Notes under the pieces: generated by a model
Database searches by the model: none
Seen by the model: only the letters and a program-made list of their open reading frames with translations
What the model was told of the DNA's origin: nothing
In this document: in pieces, positions 53,643 to 62,030 of the stretch
Layout: each line of letters opens with the position of its first letter
How positions within the stretch are numbered: the first letter of the stretch is position 1
From: Catajapyx aquilonaris
Lineage: Eukaryota
DNA length: 64,000 nucleotides
Direction: 5' to 3'
Assembly (NCBI GenBank): GCA_000934665.2
Contig: KZ538817.1
Coordinates: forward strand, 62,001 to 126,000
Program-made: the position numbers and the translations under genes

Positions 53643-54562
53643 GTCCGCTTCTAAATGGCGACTTCAGCGAGTTCGCTCGGTGCCACATGACCGGCAGCCC
53701 GCTGATGTCTCCGTCCCCAGGACTATGCCCCTCCCTGGGCAGCCTGGGGCTGGGGCTGTTGGGCCCAGGGTCGGGCGGGAGCAGCAGCGCGGGTGGGGCA
53801 AACCTGCCCTTCTCCTGCGACTTCTGCACCATGAAATTCGGTAGCCTCCAGCTCCTCCAAAAGCACACGCTCACCGTGCACAGCCTGACCAGCCTGATCG
53901 CCAAGTCCAAAGAGAACGTCTTCTGCGCCCAGTGCGCCTTGGCCTTCCCCAGCGCCACCGCCTTCGCCGAGCACTTCCTTCTGTTCCACGGCAACAACAA
54001 GGGCGCCCAGGGGCTGCCCCCTCCGCCCCAGCTCAAGCCCACTGATCTCAGCAAGAAGAGCACCAAGTCCGAGAGCCCCGACAGCTCCTCGGGAGGACCG
54101 CCCAGCAAGAAGAGCAAGTCGGACGGCGGGGCTGCTGCTGCCGCCAGGGAGTCCGGGTCGGCCTCCACCAGCGGTACGGCCACCCCTCTCCTGCCGCCCC
54201 TGCCTCCGCCCCTGGGCGGGTTCGGGCAGTACCAGCACCCTGGCACCCTGCTGTGCAACCAGTGCAACGCGGCCTTTCCGGACTTTGAGTCGTTTCGTAC
54301 CCATCTGAAGACCCATTTGGACGAGGTGGTGCACAAGTACGTGTGCAGCGAGTGCCGAGGGGAGTTCTCGTCTGAAGAGCAGCTGGACTCGCACGTGGTC
54401 ACCCATTACTTGGCCACGGCCACCGAGTACGGGTGCCAGTGCTGCCTGAAGCTGTTCGGCAAGCCGGACGAGCTGCAGAAGCATCTGATGGACATCCATG
54501 CGCATCACTTGTACCGGTGCTCCCTCTGCAAGGAGATGTTCGACTCCAAGGTTTCCATACAG
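53643..54562 (+). CDS. Oaz: Oaz/ZNF423 coding exon 6 (ZF7-ZF12, PTDLS motif)
   Basis: Follows a 57-nt intron. Contains the family signature [36 protein letters not shown]. Donor CAG|GTCAGT. Confidence 0.97.
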
Positions 54563-54850
54563 GTCAGTGCGATGTTTTCGCAATTTTGTGGCTCTTACGA
54601 CTACTTGGGGGGGTTGCATTTGGGTTGCCAAGATCGCCGGTATTTATTTTTGAACTGTGTCAGTGGCCTATTGTAAGTTATATAGAGTACGTTGCTGGCC
54701 AGATATATCCGGAAAGTAAACTAGGCAATAGCAATAAAGGCTGGAATTTGAAAAATTGAAGATGGAATGTACTGAATTTTATCATGTCGCGACCGCAACC
54801 TGAAAAATCACACGAGTGATGGGTAGGCTACATGCCAGGTTCACACATGT

Positions 54851-55000
54851 AACAATGAGGTGGGGTTAAATGTGACGGAATACTTACTTCAGTCACTCAT
54901 GCGCAGTCCCAATGGTAGATCCATGTCTGTACGCGGAAGTCAAGTGCGCATGAGTGACTGGAGCGAGTAATAGGTCATATTCTACCCCCGTCCCATTGTT
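54851..55000. repeat. Foldback (inverted-repeat) element in Oaz intron 6, MITE-like
   Basis: Perfect 16-bp inverted repeat CAGTCACTCATGCGCA (54890-54905 / 54945-54960), extended by imperfect arms to about 55 bp each. Confidence 0.8.
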
Positions 55001-55618
55001 GGATCTTTCTCCTGTGTATAGAGAACCATACAGAAACTTTTCATCGAACAGTATTAATATCTAGTCACCGATGCATTTACTGGCACCGTGGCACATAAGA
55101 AAATTTTAATAATGACATGTGATTACGTAATGTAGCAGACATGTACAGTGAAACCGTCACCGATTTTGGCAATGAAATGTAATGGATTAATGCGAGTACA
55201 ATCTCAGCCGGCGGAAAGTAATGGTCGTAGTTTTCAATTGGCAGTAGAATACCATTCAGCACATCATCTTTATGTAGGCTATACTGTCGATTGGAGAGGG
55301 AAATAATTATTGGGAAACAATCAATAGAGCCAGTCTTTTTTTCGCTGTTTCTTCAAACCCCACCATCATCTTTATCGGCAATTAATGCCACATGCGATGG
55401 TTTTCTGACAGAAACAGTAGCGTGCCATACTTTCCGACATATTGCGCTTCGAGCGAATGATGAAGTCCTTATTGGGCATAATGCAATTTGTCCGAAACAC
55501 TCCCATCATGTTTCAGAATCATTGGTACAATCGTTTCGCTCCATATTCCAATATCAGTCAGATCAGTATATCAGTGTTGTAGAACCAGAGTGCACATTTG
55601 TCCATATCTCACGTGCAG

Positions 55619-56407
55619 GTCCACTTCGCTGTGAAGCACAGCAACGAGTGCCGGCTGTTCAAATGCACCGCGTGCAGTTCAGTCTTCCGGTCGGAGATGG
55701 AGTTCCAGCTCCACGTGAAGGTGGCCCACCTCCGAAAAGCCCAGCCCTTCCGCTGCCTCCTGTGCAACGCCAGCTTCGGTGCCGAAATGGAGCTCCAGTA
55801 CCACCTGACCACGCACCAGAAGCAGTTCCAGTGCGCCCTTTGCGACGACGCCTTCCACGTGGAGTTCCTCCTGGACAAGCACATGCAGAGCAGGCACAGC
55901 GGAGGAAACGCAGACCAGGACCAGGTCTCGTCCGATCCGGAGAACCTGTCCGTCACCGCCGCCAGCACCAGCACCAGCACCAGCTCTGTCGGAAGCCCCT
56001 CCAAAAGCGGGAAGACGCGGAACGGCGGGGCAGGCGGCGGCGGCGGGGTGGCTTCCACTAGCGCCGGCGCCTCTACCAACGGGGCTCCGGCGTCTTCCGG
56101 TGGTTCCAGGAAGGACCCAAAGTGCGACATTTGCGACCGGATATTCGGGTCCGACTCGGAGTTGGCCTCGCATCGGAAGCAAATGCACAACATCAAGGGC
56201 GGAGGAGGCGGTGGGTCCAGCCAGAAGAGCCCTCCTGCACTGAGTCTGCACTGCGCTTACTGCAACGAGAACTGCAAGTCCAGAACCGAGCTGGAGAACC
56301 ACATGAAGACCCACCAGTCTGGTACTGGGAAGCACAAGTGCAACATTTGCGACGAGGTCTGCCCCACTGCCACCATCCTGGCTGAACATAAGCTGACTCA
56401 CTGCAAG
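55619..56407 (+). CDS. Oaz: Oaz/ZNF423 coding exon 7 (VHFAVKHSNE...; ZF13-ZF18)
   Basis: Continues SIQ|VHFAVKHSNE, matching the family. Acceptor gtgcag, donor AAG|GTAAAT. Confidence 0.97.
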
Positions 56408-56971
56408 GTAAATTTGATTGAAACACTGAGGGGGTTGTCATGGGTTTACACGGGCGTCGTTGTTGTTGGGATCCACCAATCAGCAAAAATGCCACATCTG
56501 CGATGCAGATACGGCATTTTTCCAATGGAGCAGACTGTGGATCCCAGCCTCAGCTAAAGCTTGATTCGTGGTTTTATTTGCTTGGAATCGGGTCTGATTT
56601 TTACTCCTGCTCAGGATCTGTACAATCCGGATCGGTACCAATTTCCCGGAGGCTGCACTGCCTTTCCGTTGATGCTGGAGGGTTGCAGACCTACCAGGGG
56701 CACCCGAAAGCGTAGAGCTGCAACCCGCAAGCATCAACTGACGCCAGAGCAGCTGGTACGTAAGTGTCCTTTTAGGTCTCTGGGGATTGTCGGAAACCTG
56801 GGTAGGCTGTCCGTTTGTGTCCCACTTACTCGCTGCACAGTCACTTTTTGCTAAAACTGGAATTGGCACTTGAACTCACAACTGTAATTACGTGAAAAAT
56901 GACTGTGCATATTCATGGGTGTTGACCTCCGTGTCCGCTCGCACATTGACACTGTATCCTCCGACTTTCAG

Positions 56972-58135
56972 GTTATCTCTGGGAGTACATGTACGGCCTG
57001 CAAGCAATCCCTCAAGAGTGAGGACCAGTTCTACACCCACCTGCACCAGCACGGCAGCAGCAGTACCTCCAGCAGCAACACCACGCCTGGAGGCCTTCCC
57101 CTCCCGTGCGTGGTATGCCGCCAGACCCTGATGTCCGAAGTGGAGGTCCGTATGCACGCCAAGTTTCACACCAAGAACGCCGCCGAAGAGCGACACTCCC
57201 AACAGCCGACGTACCCTTGCTGCGTGTGCCTGAAGCAGACCGAGGGCCAAAACCTGATCCAGAATGGGATGCCCAACAGCTTCGTCTGCAAGGAGTGCTT
57301 CCATCCTCCTGTGGCCACCACTCCAGAGGAGAAGCTGCTGAGGTGCCAGGACTGCGCCGTCAAGTTCGAGACCGTCGCGGAGCTGGAGCGTCACCTTCTC
57401 TTGCACAAGAAGACCTACACCTGCATCAAATGCCAGAGAAGCTTCGAGACGGAGGTGGAGATACAGATGCACGTGGCCACTCACTTGCTGACCGAAGGGA
57501 GCAACCACGAGTGCCGTCTCTGCCGACAGTTGCTGGACACTCCTCTGAAGCTGCAGTGCCACCTGATTGAGCACACGTTCGAGGGCTGTACCGGATTCGC
57601 GTGCTACCTGTGCAGCGCTGTCTTCACCGCGGCCGCAGCCTTGCAGCAGCACATGTTGGAGCACGGGCTGGCTGCCAGACCTTACGACTGCTCTAGGTGT
57701 CGATTAAAGTTTTTCTTCAGGGCTGAACTTGAGAACCACGTGTTGGGCCACGGAGATATGTCCGGAGTAGGGGTAAAGTGTGGGGTGTGTTCTGACGTGT
57801 TTCCTACGTCTGCTGAGATGCAGCAGCATTGTTTCCGGACGCATTCGGCATCGGAACTGAACGGAGCAGGTGCTGAGGAGGAGTTTGCGTGTCCTGGTTG
57901 CAACCGGAGATTCCAGCACAAGGAGCAGCGCAAGGCTCACATGAAGTCTCATAGGGCATGTGGCAAGGCGTTCCGGCGACGGAGGAGGGCTCAGAACAAG
58001 GTGGCGGGTGACAGCGATGGTGTTGCGAGTGCTGTCGAAGACGAAGAGGATGGCGAAGCAGCCAAAGACAATTCGCCGTCTCCTGAAGTCAACGGCAAAC
58101 AAGAGCGGGAAGTCAAACAGGAGGAGGAGACGTGA
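56972..58135 (+). CDS. Oaz: Oaz/ZNF423 coding exon 8 (last; ZF19-ZF28, stop TGA)
   Basis: HCK|VISGSTCTACK junction, KLQCHLIEHTFEG and YDC..C..KFFF..EL.NH signatures. The eight exons sum to 3726 nt, which is divisible by 3 with no internal stop seen. Confidence 0.97.
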   Translation, partial: VISGSTCTACKQSLKSEDQFYTHLHQHGSSSTSSSNTTPGGLPLPCVVCRQTLMSEVEVRMHAKFHTKNAAEERHSQQPTYPCCVCLKQTEGQNLIQNGMPNSFVCKECFHPPVATTPEEKLLRCQDCAVKFETVAELERHLLLHKKTYTCIKCQRSFETEVEIQMHVATHLLTEGSNHECRLCRQLLDTPLKLQCHLIEHTFEGCTGFACYLCSAVFTAAAALQQHMLEHGLAARPYDCSRCRLKFFFRAELENHVLGHGDMSGVGVKCGVCSDVFPTSAEMQQHCFRTHSASELNGAGAEEEFACPGCNRRFQHKEQRKAHMKSHRACGKAFRRRRRAQNKVAGDSDGVASAVEDEEDGEAAKDNSPSPEVNGKQEREVKQEEET

Positions 58136-59169
58136 ATGTGTACATAACATCCCCAACCCTACCCACACACACTTATAAATGGCTCAATCGTGTTCAGTAG
58201 AATCTGTTTTGGGAATGTACTTATGGAAAATTATACACTGCAGCAGGTCCTCCTTATTTCTCTCTCAATTTGAACTGCGAATATTTTGGGGACCAAAATT
58301 TGTACATAATGAGTAGGAGGTACAGTACATGACGGTGCTCTTGTTTTTTTGTTTAAGTTTTTTTAGGATAGTACAAAAAATGTTGCTAGTTGCTCATGTG
58401 GTGAGGTGATTTCCGAATTGAATTTCCAAGTCTAAAAAAAATATTATATTAGCCTTCCTCCCCACACACACCCTCTCTCTGCAACTGTAATAAATAATAA
58501 TTATAATAATTATTATGTAAAAGGAGTAGGGTAGTTTTGAGTTTATGCTGTAGATATGTCACAAGAAGCTGATTTGTATACGTCAAAAAATAAGCAATAC
58601 CTGCATTATTGTAAAGTAAGAAAAAATGAAAGAAAAAAACAAAAAAAAACATTCCAATCAGCTGTTGGAGGTGTTGGTTCCTATATGTTTACAAAAAGTA
58701 ATGAGTAAAGATCGTTGGAAAACATGTCCGCATTTTTCTGCTGAAATATTTCCTTTCAGTCCCTGCGTCGTCCACCCGGATATTTTCCCTTTTGGCATAT
58801 TCATTTCATTTGCAACAGGCATTTTGCATCAGAGTAATTATTGACTTATAATCGGTAGCAATTATTGTTTCAAGAAATTTGCTATCCAACAACAAATTAT
58901 TAGAAAATATACCATATTAGAAGAGTCTTATTACATGGGTTTTCGGAACCAGTAGCTACCTTACGTTTGAGAAGGCACTTGTTTACGACTCAAAGCTAAA
59001 CATAGCAATGTTCTAGCTCTAAGTCAATATTTGAACTGCAATACAACAAGGTAAGGTTGCTTTAAAAGACACACCATCGCATGTTTCCGTCATCTAGAAG
59101 CCTACCCCCAAGGCGTTAGATGACTTGAACCGAACACATTCTAGCAGTTCGTACAGTACACCTAATAAA
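58136..59169 (+). other. Probable Oaz 3' UTR with candidate poly(A) signals AATAAA at 58489-58494 and 59164-59169
   Basis: AT-rich sequence after the stop codon. The hexamers are seen directly, but the true 3' end is unknown. Confidence 0.5.
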
Positions 59170-59371
59170 GCTGCCTACAATGTTAAAGCAACATTAGATC
59201 ACGTCTGTTGCTAAAAGTATACAGGTGGCCGCACTGTCCAAGTCCCTTGGGGAGAAAAGTCATGTGCACCCCAACAATCAGTTATTTTTTAAACATATAC
59301 ATTTCCTAGCTAATAATGCTTTTGAACTGCATTAGAACGACATAGTCCTCTGTTCAAAATGGGCGCGTGGA

Positions 59372-59570
59372 ATGGTCCTGCGGCAACCCTGCTTTTCCCT
59401 CCCCGATCCTCCCCCTCCCGCCGACTCCCTCCCCCTCCACCTAAGATGGCGGCCTCCTGAGCCAGACCACGCTGAAGCTACGTCTCTCTGTCGTCCCCGT
59501 GCGGTTCGTGCAGGCCGCCGATCGTTGACCGCGACTGGGAGGAGGGATCCCCTTGACGTGGTGGTGGGCC
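59372..59570 (+). promoter_or_regulatory. GC-rich HEATR3 promoter/5' leader region with YY1-type motif AAGATGGCGGC (59443-59453)
   Basis: GC/CpG-rich island immediately upstream of the HEATR3 ATG. The motif matches the YY1/Pho consensus common near housekeeping transcription starts. Confidence 0.5.
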
Positions 59571-59738
59571 ATGGGAAAGGTGAGGCCGCAGAGGAGGAGG
59601 TTCAGGGGAGCGTCGTCGGACCCCATGGGCCTCGGAGGGAGAGGAAGAGACGACGGGGAGGAGGAGATGATGATGGAGACTGGGAGGAGGAGAGGCCCTG
59701 CCACACCAGGGGACACGGTGCAGGCCGTGCTGGACCAG
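59571..59738 (+). CDS. HEATR3: HEAT repeat-containing protein 3 (Syo1 ortholog), coding exon 1 (MGKVRPQRRRFRGASSDPMGL...TVQAVLDQ)
   Basis: Basic MGK..RR.F N-terminus typical of HEATR3/Syo1. Good Kozak context GCCATGG, donor CAG|GTGAAT, phase 0 joining exon 2. Confidence 0.85.
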
Positions 59739-61065
59739 GTGAATTATCACAACAATTATTGTGCATGCCCTGTGTTGGGACCGGTTGGGATGGGGTCCGC
59801 CAGTGTGATACCATCTGGTGACATGTTTCTTGGGTGGGTGCCAAACACTGGGGTGATTCAGTGCAGATTGGGATGTGTGTTGCAATCTGGTGTAAATTTA
59901 CCTGCAGGATGTGCGCATGGATATAACCACTTCCCACTGGTATTCCGTAACATTTGGTCAGGTTGGTGCGCAGGCCACACTTGTCGCATGGTCGAAGAGT
60001 GCGGTTGCACCTGAAAATGTTAAATTGTGAGTGATTCAGATGGCTTAGGACTTGAAACTAAAATGACACTATGGGCAGGAAGTACCAAACTTAGTAAAAC
60101 AAATCCATCTATATTGCGCTCGTTATTAATTTATTGTTGACAGAAACTAACCAAAAATTGATAAGCGCAATCCCGCCACGTTTGTTTTACAGTGGTTTTG
60201 TGCTCCCTGCTTGCTCTTAGCGTGTAAGAAAATATGTGCAAATCTGGTCACAATCCAAGGACATTTTTAAATAGGCAGTTTGGATATGCATGCAAGATTT
60301 GCAGTAGTTTTGACCTACCAAATAATTATTGTAAATGAAAAGCTGAATACTACTACTCTGGGCTACTAACTTGTCAGATTGGAGTATGAGCCATAAGGTC
60401 ACCTCAGGCCAACAGAAGTTTTTTGGATGGAAAGTAAGGGTTTATTGCACCTGTTCCCCCCTCTTCCGGTGCCACCCATTCCCTAGATTATTTACCCTCC
60501 ACTGTCCTCCTTATTACTGTAGACCCTTTGCGTCATTCAGTAGGTAGGCCAGTATGGAGCTGAACTGACAACTCGAGCCAGGCTTGATTGTCGGAGACGA
60601 ATTCCCCATTTCTGCACCCTGTGCCATTCCTCCCCAACAGCCGAACCTGGCCAACGCTCTGACACGTCAGCTGCACACGAGTCAGCTTGTAATACTCATT
60701 AGTTGACTTCAAAACTTTCAAGTGTTTTACTTTGGCTTGCTTTGCATCCATAATTTTCTGCAACACAATACAATCCAGGCTTACTTCCCAAATTATGCAA
60801 TCAAAGTGAGCCCAAAAAAAAAGTTCTCTCCCTTCCTACCACTTCCATCTTTGTCTTGCCCAATTATTTTTTTAAACAATTATGTGAATTGAATGCGTAC
60901 TGTCCTGACCTTGACTTTTTGGCATTCAAGTTTTCCATAATTTTCCGTCTCATCAGTAATGCAGAAGAAAAGTGTGCATTTTATAAAGGACTGCATGGAG
61001 TAGTGTTTACAAGAAAAATCTGCAAGAATGTTTAATGTACTGATTTTTATTCTTTTTGAATGCAG

Positions 61066-61238
61066 TTGCAGAGAGCTACTGTTGAGGATAAGGAATGTGC
61101 TCTGAGCACCTTGGCACAGCATGTTGAGTGCCCCGAGTTCCAGGAGGAAATACTAAAGCATGACTTGATCCGCATTGTTGCTCCATTGCTGCTGGACACT
61201 AGCTGCCTAGTGCGACATGTTGCTGCTGGAGCGTTGAG
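61066..61238 (+). CDS. HEATR3: HEATR3 coding exon 2 (LQRATVEDKECALSTLA...APLLLDTSCLVRHVAAGALR)
   Basis: Matches the HEATR3 motif PLLLD.S..VR..AAGALRNLS. Acceptor tttgaatgcag, donor AG|GTAAGT. Confidence 0.92.
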
Positions 61239-61308
61239 GTAAGTTATAGGTCATACGATATGTGATTTGTTCTGTCAAATGCAAAACTATTTCTTTTTTT
61301 GCTTGAAG

Positions 61309-61393
61309 GAACTTGAGCACATGTGGAGAAGAAATGTGTGACTTCATGGTGGAGCAGGATGTCATGACATCCATTGTCGTGCTGCTGAAGCGG
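61309..61393 (+). CDS. HEATR3: HEATR3 coding exon 3 (NLSTCGEEMCDFMVEQDVMTSIVVLLKR); gene continues beyond the window
   Basis: Follows a 70-nt phase-2 intron. Matches the HEATR3 motif NLS.CG..E.CD.MV..D.MT....LLK. Donor CGG|GTAGGT. Confidence 0.92.
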
Positions 61394-61899
61394 GTAGGTG
61401 AAAATTTCGTTACTGCAAGCATGTGGCATTCATGTTTAGATTGTGGTGATAAGGAGTGGGCTTATTTGTAGTGATTATTTGGTGATATGCTCAGAAATTC
61501 GTCACAGAAGTCTCAATTGTAAGGATTGCAGTTTTCCCCTAAGGGAGTTATGCTCTCATTGGTATAATAATTGGTGCAATAAGATCCTCTCTCATTATTA
61601 TGCAACTGAATTACAATTAATGACTTTGTTTTATCATTTATGCTGAGGCAATGCTTGGTTCTCATTGTATTAATTTTTAATTTTGTATGCTTTTTATCAT
61701 AACCACAACTAACAGCTAAATGTGAGTAACATGTATAGATGAGGAAACATTACAATTAATAAACAGGATTGTGGAATGAATTTTCAAATTAAGTTGCTGA
61801 GGATATTTTAATTGGTTCATTAATTTTTCTGTTGCAATATCACACCACAGCACAGGCATGAAGATTATTTTGAGCACTTGATACATGATCTTCTCTTAT

Positions 61900-62030
61900 A
61901 ACCCTGTAATGCCCCTTGGGTCATATCTGGCACACCATTTAGTGCAATTTGGCACTTACAGGAAATATAAAAATTGCAAAAATTGCACTAAATGGTGTGC
62001 CAGATATGACCCAGTGGGCATTACAGGGTT
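61900..62030. mobile_element. 131-bp foldback MITE with piggyBac-like CCCTGTA termini in HEATR3 intron 3
   Basis: 51-bp arms 61900-61950 and 61980-62030 match at 49/51 positions. Flanks ATAA|CCC and GGG|TTTT resemble decayed TTAA sites. Confidence 0.8.

Noticed and set aside
53626..57664. Long antisense and alternate-frame ORFs overlapping Oaz exons (e.g. 53723-54631, 55679-56401, 56888-57664, 55291-56061)
   Set aside because: Expected shadow ORFs of GC3-rich coding sequence, with no recognisable domains.
59902..60757. Minus-strand exon-like segments inside HEATR3 intron 1 (59902-60010, CNRTLRPCDKCG...HILQ; 60647-60757)
   Set aside because: Splice-like signals exist, but the frames do not join into a recognisable protein. 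Treated as chance unless stranded RNA-seq shows otherwise.
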